From a virus (taxonomy: Duplodnaviria; Caudoviricetes), in the IMG/VR virus record IMGVR_UViG_3300028139_000001, positions 19,516 through 83,515 of that record: a DNA stretch of 64,000 nt; one strand, written 5' to 3'. The notes under the pieces were generated by a model that was not told the DNA's origin, ran no database searches, and worked only from the letters and a program-made list of their open reading frames with translations. Position numbers and translations under genes: made by a program. Numbering within the stretch: the stretch's first letter is position 1; every line of letters begins with the position of its first letter. Below are positions 49,201 to 61,200 of the stretch, piece by piece.

Positions 49201-52200
49201 TTTAGCTTGCGGTAGATTAAATACTGAGAGAAACACTTTAGTATTTACAATATCTCAATTAAGTGATATTGAAACAATATTAATACCTTTGTTTGAAAAA
49301 TTTCCACTAAATACAAGTAAATACTTGGATTATTTAGATTTTAAACAAGCATTTTTCTTATTTAAAAATCGAAAATCTAATGAAGAAGGTGTACTGCAAA
49401 TTTACTCTAATATTCTTGAATTGAAACAAAATATGAATTCTAATAGAGTTAATTTTGTTTTACCTGCAAATCATAATATAAGAATTACAGGTAATTATTT
49501 GGTAGGGTTTTTAGAAGGAGATGGGTCATTTTACTTAAATAAAAAAGATATGACTGTTCGTGTTTCACTGGTCACTACTTCAGTAAATAGACAAGTTTTA
49601 GAAAAAATACGTGAATTTCTTTTAAGTTTATTAGACGAACACTCTTATATGTTAGGTAGTACTACTAAACTAATAAATATTTCCGATAAAAAAGTAAAAA
49701 GTTATTTTAGACCTATTTCTATATTAGAAATATACCAAATTGATTTTATTCATAATATATTAATTCCTTACTTAGATAGTGTTGAATTTAGAACTACAAA
49801 ATTTAAAGATTATTCAGATTTTAAAACAATAGCTATTTTAATATTAGAGGGTAAACATTTAACTGAAAAAGGTAAAGAGTTAATAATAAAACTGGGAGAT
49901 TGTATGAATGATAACAGATTATCTACAAACTTAAACCCTCTCATATTGGATGAAAGCGTTACATCAGAATTAGACCTTTTAATTAAAGCAGAACCTTTAA
50001 TACATATTGATTCTGAGGGTAGAGCAATTATAATTTCGGAAAAAAAATACATTAGATCTACTTATATTATAAAAGCTTATTTTTTTAATAATTCTTTTAA
50101 TTATTTTACTAATGGAATTTCATGTGCTAAATTTCTTCATGTAAGTAATAATACTATAACTGCTCGTTTAAATGATGGTAAACCTATAAAAAATAAACAA
50201 GGTTTAGTAGTCGCTAAACAAATAAAAAGAATAAAAGCCTACTCTAAATCCAATTTTTCTCCTAGTTTTTTTTAGTAATTTCTGAAAGAAATTACGTCAA
50301 AAAAAAACAATCCGCAGCCTCAGCCTTCCAACCGTAGGTTGGACTTATAAAATTTCTAGCCTTACGGCGTCGAAATTTTATAAGCCGAGGCTATTAAAAA
50401 TTAGTTAAAGCAACCATCTTATTGTGAATTTTGTATTACTAATCTTATGAGTGCTATTCCTTGAGTAGGACAAGTCATCATCATTATAAGATTAACTCTA
50501 ATACTTTTTAGCCCTCCCACATTTTACATGTGGGGGGCAAACAGCTATATACTGAATATGGCTAATACAAGTATCGAACCTTACAAATATACTAAAAAGG
50601 CATATAACACTTTAACTTGAACTAAATCTAAAAATCTTAAACCCCTTTTTATTCGAAATTATTCTACTGGTAACAATAATTCGACATTAGTGGAGTTAAA
50701 CCCTGATTTTGTTTCTGGGTTTATAGATGCAGAAGGTTCATTTACTACTGTAGTTTACTATAAAAATCGCTGATGTACTAACTCTGTATTTAAAATTACT
50801 CTTCATAAAAAAGATATTGATCTTTTAAAAGCTCTGCAAGCTTTTTTTGGCGGGGTGGGTAAAATATCAGGTAGTGAGGTGGTTTCTTATAGAGTAGAAA
50901 GTGTAAATAGTCTTGTTAATAATATATTTACACATTTAGATAAATATCCTTTGCAAACTCAAAAAAAAGCAGATTATGAGCTTTTTAAACGTATTGTAAT
51001 GTTGATGGATAAAAAACAACATCTTACTGGCGAAGGGCTACAAAAAATCATAAATATAAAAGCTGCTCTTAATAAAGGAGTTTCTGAAGAATTAATGGCG
51101 GAATTTCCTGACACTGCTCCAGTTTCTAGACCTTTAGTGGAATTACCTGAAGTACTAAATATTAGACCTCACTGGTTAGCTGGTTTCACAGCTGGTGACG
51201 GTTGTTTTTTTGTTTACGCAGAAAAAGATTCTAAATATAGTTCTGGTTTTCGTTCTAAATTAAGATTTAATATTTGTCAACATTCTAAGGATAAACTTTT
51301 GATGGAGCGTATAGCATCTTATTTTAACTGTGGAATAGTGGCCGAAACTGCCAGGGGTGAAGTTAACTTCGATGTTCATAAATTCTCAGATATTTATGAT
51401 ATTATTATACCTTTTTTCACTAAATATGCTATTCACGGAGTTAAATTTCAAGATTTTGAGGATTGAAAATCTGTAGCTGAATTAATGAAAATTAAAGCTC
51501 ATTTAACTAAAGAAGGAATAGAAAAAATTATCCTTATCAAATCTAATATGAATAAATCGCGTGTAATTAGCTAATTAAGGTAAATTATTTTATTTTTGTA
51601 AAATTTTTGGCCTTAAATATTATTTTTTTTTTTCAACGTTAGTTGGAATAACTAGAAAAAATTACCAGTCGATAAAAAATGGCAATATGGATTTTTAGCC
51701 TTTCTACGGTACATCTCGTGAAAATAAATGTGTATTTGTATGTAATATATTCCGGATTTAGTATCCTTTTGTAAATAGAGTATAAAAATAATGAATTTGA
51801 GTATGACATACTGAATAGGTGCACTTATATGATATTATATTTATTTGATGGGGAATTTCCCCTGGGCAGATGTTAGTATATAAACTGCTCAACTGTTATA
51901 TACTATTCATCTTGCTACTAATGTTAAATTAGTAAAACAAAATATTTTAAGCTTATTAAGAGTGTATTACTAATCTTATGAGCGCCATCCCTTGGGTTGG
52001 ATCAGATTTAGTTGAGTTGAAAGAAATCACAGAAATTTCTTTAGAAGTTATCTATTTAAGTAGTTTACCTGTAATAGGTACTGTACACAAAAATGCTTTA
52101 AAGAAGGGAATAAATAAACCTAGACTAGAAAACCAAGAATACCTTAATATTCCTTCATCTTTTTTGGCTTTTTTTGCCGGACTAGTTGATGGAGACGGAT

Positions 52201-55200
52201 ATATCCAAATAACCAAAACAACTAAAGGATTTATAGCTATGAAACTTGTTATATCATTACATTTAGAAGATATTTCTACCCTGGAGTACATAAATTCAGT
52301 ACTAAAGGTAGGAAAATTAAATATTTATCGTGATAATAGAAGTCCTACTTGTAAATTAGTTATTAATAGAACAGATTTACAAGAGATTGTGTTTCCATTG
52401 TTTTTATATCATAATATATTCTTTTTAACTGAAACTAGAGCAGATCAGTTCAATTTAGCTATGCATATTTTAAATTATGATATAAGAACTTTTGATAATA
52501 TTCCTAAAAATATCCCTGCTTCTTTTGAATTATTAAAAACACCCTTGGATTATACAAAACTACTTTTCTTTAGAAATTGAATCGTGGGATTTGCAATGTC
52601 CGAAGGTTCATTTTTCGTGAAAGCAAATAATGACGGTTGTTTTCAGTTAAAACAGAGAATACACATTAACTTATTTGAAGCTTTTAAACTAGTGTTTGCT
52701 ACAAATAGAAAAATAGCCCTTGCGTCTTCTTTTGACTGGGGCTGCTTTGCTGAAACAGAAAAAGGACTATATAACCAATTACCCCAATATACAGGTTTAG
52801 TTGAATTTACCAAAGCAAACCCTCTAACATATAAAAGAGTAAAAAAAGACTTTAAAAGATTATGTTCTAACAAGGAAACTTACAATTATATTAAGAGAAT
52901 TTACCTATTAAAGCAAAGGAAACTAAATGCTATTAAAAGGGAACATTATTGTACCTATGCAATTAAACCAAAAAACACTGAGATGGTATTTTTTGGTTCA
53001 ACAGTTGAGACAGGTCATCTTACAAATAGAGTAAATAATATGAACGTAGGATTACCGTATAATAAAAGTATGAAGGTTTCGCTAGGAAGACTTTATAGTA
53101 CTTTTTCGAACCTTTCCGGTAGTAGCGAAGCTTGTTTAATAGATCATCAGGATAAATATTTTTATGAATGATTATGCGGGTTTGTTTTATTTTTTTTTCT
53201 TTTGCTTAAATTAACCATTAAACACTGCAAAAGAAAAAAAAATCAGCTGAGGGTTCATTTCATGTTTATGATAAAGATGATGCAAATTTTGGATTTAGAT
53301 TCCAGATTGGTTTGCATGTTGATGATTGTCAACTATTGTTCTTTATTCAGTCCAAGCTGGGTATAGGAAAAGTTACAAGTTATAAAAATATGGCTTATTT
53401 TAGAGTTTCTAGTCAAAAAGAGATTTTAGTTATAATAGGTATTTTTACTACTTATCCTTTAAACTCCACGAAACATCTTAATTTCTTATCTTTTAAAAAA
53501 GCTTTTGAGTTATATACAAATACTCATAAGAAAACTTTGGAGGTAAAGAAAGAAATCCATAATATTTTAACCAATATGAACACCCTAAGATACGATTATG
53601 AATATCCCGAATCTAGAGTTTACAGAATAACTCCTTATTGATTGTTGGGATTTGTTTTTTTGACGTTATTTCTTTCAGAAATTACTAAAAAAAAACTAGG
53701 TGAAGGTTCATTTTTTCTTCTCAAAACAGAAAAATACAAATTATCGTTTAATGTTAGTCAGTCTGCTAGGGATTTACCCTTATTGGAGGAAATAAAAATC
53801 TTCTTTAATAATTTACGCCTTGATAGTTCTGTAAGCAAAGAGAACAATAGTGTAGCTTACATTTACGAGCAGAAAGGTAAAAATACTTACTTTTTAAGTA
53901 TTACCTACACCGATTACATAAAAAATGTTCTTATCCCATTCTTGGACTCTATGGCTTGGCATAGTAAGAAGGAATTAGATTATATTGATTGAAAAATGGT
54001 GTTAAAGCTTAAAGAATTAGGGCATCACTATACAGAACAAGGACTTAAATTAATATCTCTTATTTATAATCAAATGAATAGTAGAAGATTATCAACTAAT
54101 CCAGATAAAGAGACGGTTGTTGACAGAAAACTTATGGATGTTGAAACTAATAAATTATTAAATGCACCTTCTAACTTTGAAATAAAAGAAGATGGAAGAA
54201 TATGAATTAAATCTTTAAATAGATACTATTGAGAGGGAAATAATATAGAGGTTCAACTTAAAGATAAAAAGGGATTACTGATTAAGACATTTAGTTCTAT
54301 TGCTAGTTGTGCAAAATTCTTAGGAATTCACCCTGCTACAGCTAAAAATAGATTACAACATCACAAGGCTGTATTATTTAACAATAAAGAATTATATATG
54401 ACGAAAAAAGACAGTACATAAGGGTGAGCATGCCTAAATAAAGCATACTCTTCTAAGTCTGATATACAAAAAGTAATAAATTTCTTTTCATTTTCTGGTC
54501 TACATCCTTTAGTTGGGCGTCGTTTAATTGAATATTTAACCTGGATAGATACTCTTAAAAAGCATAATCGTATAGATTCTAAAAAAATATTACATAGCAG
54601 TTTCTTATATAGTAATCAAGTTATTTTCTGAATCCTTTATCTAGTTTATATCATAATATATTGCATTTATCCTGAAGGAGATACTATTTTAAATGACATT
54701 TGTTTAAATATAACTCCTTTAGTGTTGTATATTAATGCAGATAAAGATAAGGTTATAGCTATTAAGAACAATAGAAAAAAATCGGGTATTTATAGATGAA
54801 CACATAAAGAATCAGGAAAGTTTTACATTGGTTCAGCAGTAGACCTAGGACGGCGTTTTTCTAACTATTTTTCTTACCCTTGTATAATTAGTCAAGCCAA
54901 AAGTAGTATTATTTGTAAATCTCTTTTAAAATATGGGTATTCTGAGTTTAGTTTAGAGATTATCGAATATTGTGACATTAAAGATACAATAATAAGAGAA
55001 CAATTTTATATTGATTCTTTAAACCCGGAATATAATATATTAAAAATAGCAGTAAGAAAAAAAAAAAATAAAAAAATATAATTTTTTTACTTTTTTTTCT
55101 AACACGGTTGGGTTCTAAACATTCTGCAGAGACCAAGGCTAAAATTGTATTAGCTTTAACTGGACGTAAAACATCTCTTACTACAAAGAGTAAACAAAGA

Positions 55201-58200
55201 ATAGCCAGACTAGGTATACCACATGACGATGCTACTAGAGCAAAATTAAAAGAGCATTTAACTCAATTAAATAAAAATATGCTTGCTAAGAAAAAAGGTA
55301 TAAAAGTAACTGTTCTTGATTTAGAAACCAATGTTACAAGTGAGTATGACTCAATAAGAAAAGCAGCCCAATCTATAGGTAGTTATGCTAATGTTCTCAT
55401 TAGACATGAAAAATTACAATTAGATAAAGGCTATACAAAACCTTTTAAAGACCGCTATGTAATAAAAATAAATAGAATCTAGGATTAAAGGGTATTCAAT
55501 ATATCAAATGATTAAATTCTTTACGTGCAAGTACACGTTATAATGGTCTTACTTTTCCTGAGGCAGTATTATAGTATATTGGTTATACGTTTGATTGTCT
55601 CTTTTCAAAAAGAATAAACTATGTGATTAATGGGCTCCTTGAAGCAGTAATGTTTCAAAGGCAAATGGGGAAAAGTGCAAGGACATATAATAAGCATACT
55701 CCTATTTATTATATAATTTGCAGCGGAACTTGGTTCGGTTTTTCATAATGAATGAATCAAGAACGTTCAACGACTAATGAGTGAGTTATACCAACAATAA
55801 GCTCGACACGAAAACCCCAGGACCAAATAAAATGTTTGGTCTAAGATATAGTCTAAACATAAGTTAAACCTTATGAGATTGGGGATTAAAAACCCAATAT
55901 AAATCTATGGTCATTTGAGGAGGTTTAAAAACAGTTGAACCACACTATGGTGACATAGTGTTAAAAACCCTGCTTAACAATCCTGGGAACTCTCCTAATT
56001 TAGGATTTGCATACGATTTATTCTTGATGGGTGCGACTTCATCAATTATTCACGTGAAAACTGCAAAAACATGGAGAAAATCAGTGGGGGTGAGAAGTTT
56101 ACATACTTCAGTAGCCTCTCAGAGACTACACGCAGGGGATCTTTACTACGCTTATTTAGTAGGTTTATTTGAAGGTGATGGGTTTTTTAGCGTCACAAAA
56201 AAAGGAAAATATTTAACATATGAATTGGGTATTGAATTATCCATTAGAGATGTACAATTAATATATAAGATTAAAGATTTATTGGGTATAGGTGTTATAA
56301 GTTTCCGAAAAAGGAAAGAAGTTGAAATGGTATCTTTAAGAATTAGAAATAAAGATCATCTAAAAAATTTTATTTTACCTATATTTGATAAATATCCTAT
56401 GTTTTCTAATAAGCAGTATGACTATTTATGATTTAAGGAAGCATTACTTTCAGGAATCATTTATTATGAGGATTTAGTACTTTATTCTAGAAGCATTGTA
56501 CCTTTGAATACAGTTGAAACTATTACTAATGCATCTTATTTTTCTGCCTGGCTGGTTGGATTCATAGAAGCTGAAGGTTGTTTTAGTGCATATAAAAATA
56601 ACGATAGTTATCCAATAGCTTCTTTTGATATTAGTCAAACTAATGGGGATATTATAATTTCTGCTATAAAAAAATATTTCTCTTTTACTACTGCTGTATA
56701 TTTAGATATAACTAATAATTCTAAATTGAAAGTTACAAGTGCAAGATCTATAGAAAATGTAATTAAATTTTTAGCTAAAGCACCTGTAAAATTATTAGGT
56801 AATAAAAGATTACAATATTTATTATGATTAAAAGAATTACGTACAATACCTAGATATTCTAAACTTGTTCCTTCGAAATATTAAATAAACCCAATATATT
56901 TAAGCGTATATTCCTCTCTCCTCAATCAATTGAGCAAAGAGGATAAAAGATCAAGATATAGTCCGATCAACAAAGAAATTTGTTGGGAGTAGTGAGAGTG
57001 TTATATATATATAACATAGTGACTACCAACATAAATGTTCTGTTAACAATGCTACATTAAATAGATTCTTCTCATTACACTTCGTTTTACCTTTTGTATT
57101 AGCTGCTTTAGCTCTAATGCATTTAATAGTTTTACATGACACCGCGGGGTCAGGAAATCCTTTAGGTGTATCAGGAAATTATGAAAGAATACCTTTTGCA
57201 CCTTATTACATATTTAAAGATCTTATTACAATATTTGCATTTATATTTGTATTATCTTTATTTGTTTTCTTTATGCCTAATGTGTTAGGTGATAGTGAAA
57301 ACTATGTTGTGGCAAATCCTATGCAAACTCCTGCAGCTATTGTTCCGGAGTGATAAAGAGAGATGTCACTTAATCTCGCTATTTGCTGGAAGTTCCTAAA
57401 AACAGGATAATCAGCAGGAAACCAAAGGACCACAGGTCCATCTTTTTTAAAAATGGGATCCTCAGAGGCTATACGCGAGACATATAAATATTTTTTTTTA
57501 TGAAGATATAGCCCAAACATAGTAGTAATATTATGAATATAAATATGAATATATTTATATAATCAATATGATCCAGACACCAATTTATTTTTCTCAGTTA
57601 TCACTGTTCGTAGTGCTGCTAGTTCAACAAAAGGTATCGTACGTTTATCATCAGCTCAGAGAGCTGATATGACAATGTCAGATGAATTAAGAGAAATATT
57701 AGTTGGTATTTTACTCGGTGATGGCTGAGTTTGCAAAATTGTGAAGTTAACTATATATTTAGCCTTTTGCTATTTGTTAAATATTAGCTTAGATAATACA
57801 GCGTTAACTTTAGATCCTTATTATACTTTATCGATCATACCTGTTTTAGTTTATTATGAGCCTAAGCTAGACAAAGCATCTATTTTAACAGAAAATAAAG
57901 GAAAATCTGGTTTTTCTACAACAGGTCTTAATCCTTTTTATGTTACAGGTTTCACTTACTTTTTTTTTACATATATAAATATATTAAAAAAAAGTTAGCA
58001 GAAGGAAGCTTTCAAATTAAAATTAGTCAAAATAAAAGCTCTAAGATAGGTTGAACAGTTGATCTTAGATATACACTAGTTTTACATATAAAAGATATAG
58101 ATTTGTTAAAAAAGATTCAAAAATTTTTCGGAGGAATAGGTAAAATTAGAATAGAAAGAGAAGAGCTTTTTGTTTCTTATACTATTTCTTCTTTAGAAGA

Positions 58201-61200
58201 ATTAACAGTAATAATAGAACATTTTAATAGTTATCCTTTAATAACTAAGAAACAAGCAGATTATCTTCTTTTCGAACAAGCTTTTGAATTAATGAAGTGT
58301 AAAAAACATCTTACTCTTGAAGGGTTACATTCATTAGTAATGATAAAAAGTTCAATTAATAAAGGTTTATCTGAAAAATTAAAAGATAGTTTTCCTAATG
58401 TTGTACCAGGATTAAGACCAAAAATTTCTCTTCCAAAAAAGATAGATCCTTATTGATTATGTGGATTTACTGAAGGTGATGGGTGTTTTGGTGTTGAAAT
58501 ATATAAATCTAAATCTACTAAATTAAATTATTCTGTAACTTTAAGATATAGTTTAACTCAAAATAGTAGAGATCATTTACTATTAAGTCATTTAGTGGTA
58601 TTTTTTGGTTGTGGTAAAATAAAAGAAAATCCAATAAATAATGCAAGTTATTTTTATGTATCTGATTTAAAAAACATTAATAATAAAATATTACCTCAGC
58701 GCAGCTGCCTCAGTCTTCGAGACGTTGTCTCGAAGACGCCGAGGTTTTTTAAAGAATACTCTCTTCAAGGTTCAAAAAGTTTAGATTTTAATGATTTTCA
58801 CAAAGTAGCTTTATTAATAAATGAAAAAAGACATTTAACAATAGAAGGATTCGAACTTATAAAAAAAATTAAAAACGGGATGAATAAATCTAGAATCTAT
58901 GAGTAAATTTTAATATATATGAAAAAATAAAATTAACGGTAAAAAGTATGTAGGTAGCAGTGCAGATTTATCTAAAAGATTAAGAAGGTATTTTAGGATA
59001 TCTTATCTTACAGATCTAAAAGATATTATGCTTATTTATAAAGCTCTATTAGCTCATGGCTTTGATAACTTTACGTTAGAAATAGTAGAGTATTGTGAAC
59101 TTTCAAATTTAACAGAAAGAGAACAACACTATATTGATCTATTAAAACCAGAATACAATATTTTAAAAATTGCTGGCTCAATATCTGGTCATAAGCTTAG
59201 TGAAAAAACTAAGGCCAAATTAAGGGCAGTAGCTTTAGGTCGCTCAGAAGAAGCTTTAGCTGTTTGCCCCCCACATTGTACATGTAAAATGTGGGAGGGC
59301 TAAAAACAGAGAGCATCTAAAAATACTTAACGCTAGCCAAAAACATAAAGACCATTTGGCTAAGCTTAATGCTTCTCTTGAACATATAGCGATTCATGCT
59401 AAACCTGTTATCGCAATAAATACTTATAATGGAGAAAGTATGGAATTCAGATCTATGACTCAAGCAGCAAAACATTTTAATATTCACCCTGAAACAATAC
59501 GTAGATGTATAAAAGCCGACAAGCTTTTATTAAATAAGTATAAAATATCACAAAAAAGTTAATGTTGTATCTATTTTAATATTAATAGGAGTAATCTATA
59601 TTAACTCTTATTTGGTTTATAGTCTTCATTTTAAATGAACGATCTATTTCCAACATAGCAAGAAGGTCCCCTACTAGTAATTCTAGATTAACATACGCTC
59701 AAACAGCTGTGGCACATAAAGAATATTTTGACTATGTATTTAGTTTCTTTATTCCTTTTTGTGTTAATGGTTATAAACCTCATTCTAAACTAGTTAGAGA
59801 CAATAGAACTAAAAAATATATAGTTCTATAACCTTCACTACTATGCAACTTCCTTGTTTTAATGGATTTAAAGATATGTTTTATGTAGATAACGTTAAAA
59901 AAGTACCTAGTGATATTTATGAATTGTTAATACCTAAAGGGTTAGCTTTTTGAATTTACTTTTTCACGCTTTTTCTTAAAATATTTTCTTTTTTTTAAAA
60001 AGAACTGTTGCACATTTCTTTTTTTTTAAGCGAAGCCGTTAAAATAGGGAAAAGCTTTCTGGCATTACTGTAGAATTAAAACTGATAAGAATAAATTGGT
60101 ATCTGGATCAGTGATAGTTTATATAGGTGTAATTTTGTTATTTTTAAAACAAAAAAAAAATTACTATTTTTTAAATTTCCAGCACAGCAGCCCCAGCCGC
60201 AGGCGACCGGGGCTAAATTTAAAAATATATATATTTAGTTGATTTTAATTTTGATCTTAACTGTTTAACATTTACGCCTTTTCTTTCTTATAATGATGCT
60301 CTTTCTAATAAAAAGAAGGCCATTAAAGAAAACGAAAAAAAGTCTGGTATTTATCGCTGAACTAATTTAACTAGTAATAAGTCATATGTTGGGAGTAGTG
60401 TAAACTTAGGTAGAATATTAAGAAGTTATTATAATCCTATTTACATTGCTCATATTTCACGTAAGAGTATGATTATAAATAAAGCTCTTATTAAATATGG
60501 CTACTCTGAATTTAAGTTGGATATACTTGAATATTGTGATCCTAAAGATCTAGTTAAAAGAGAGCAATATTACTTGGACCTGTTATCTCCAGAATATAAT
60601 GTATTGAGATTTGCTTATTCATCTTTAGGTTATAAACACACTAAAGAAAGCATGATTAAATTAAGTAAAAATCTTGCTAATTTAAGTAAATCTATTAAGG
60701 TTAAAGTAACTAATTTAGAAACAAATGTTTTGCAAGAATATACTTCTTTAAGAGAGGCTGCTAAAATTTTAGATACTAATAAGACCACTTTAAGAAAATA
60801 CATCCTAAATACTAAACCTTATAAAGGTTTATATGAATTAGAATCTAACCTAACTGTTTCTAATTATGATTCTAATTATGTAAATCATCCTAATTCAGTT
60901 CAAATTGAAGTGCAGGATTTAGAATTAAACACTATTACTTCCTATAATTCTATTCATGCAACATCTAGAGCTTTAGGTATAGGGCATAATACAATATCTA
61001 ATTTTTTTAAACGTAATCAAATTAGACCTTATAAAGGAAGATATGTCTTTAAAAAAGTGGTCTAAGCTTTTTTTTGATGGTAGCCGACATGGTACTGGAC
61101 TACATCTAAGCGTTTATGCATTTACTAATGAAGACGTAGATACCAGGTAAAAAAGTAATAAAGCCATATTGTCATGTTAATTTAATAATCTGTCGATCTT

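Larger units (their letters stand above)
48547..51964 (+). mobile_element. Group I intron cob-437 with two possible acceptors (G50433, G51964)
   Basis: IB core at 48580-48770; exon-6 start TATTACTAATCTTATGAG occurs twice. Confidence 0.82.
52018..54590 (+). pseudogene. LAGLIDADG (52018-~52780, resumes ~54440) interrupted by a second LAGLIDADG (~52780-54420) with both motifs hit by hairpin inserts
   Basis: [18 protein letters not shown]...KGLYNQ | [21 protein letters not shown]; invader WLCGFV[A]AEG and WLLG[B]GEG. Confidence 0.82.
52018..55910 (+). mobile_element. Group I intron cob-490 (IA-type core at 55700-55860), composite
   Basis: Splits T|TC; GAACGTTCAACGACTAA, AAGATATAGTCT. Confidence 0.9.
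57741..59562 (+). pseudogene. GIY-YIG endonuclease split at KSG|IY by a LAGLIDADG (~57911-58906)
   Basis: ENKGKSG | [16 protein letters not shown]; invader YVTGFT[C]AEGSF and [10 protein letters not shown]. Confidence 0.8.
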
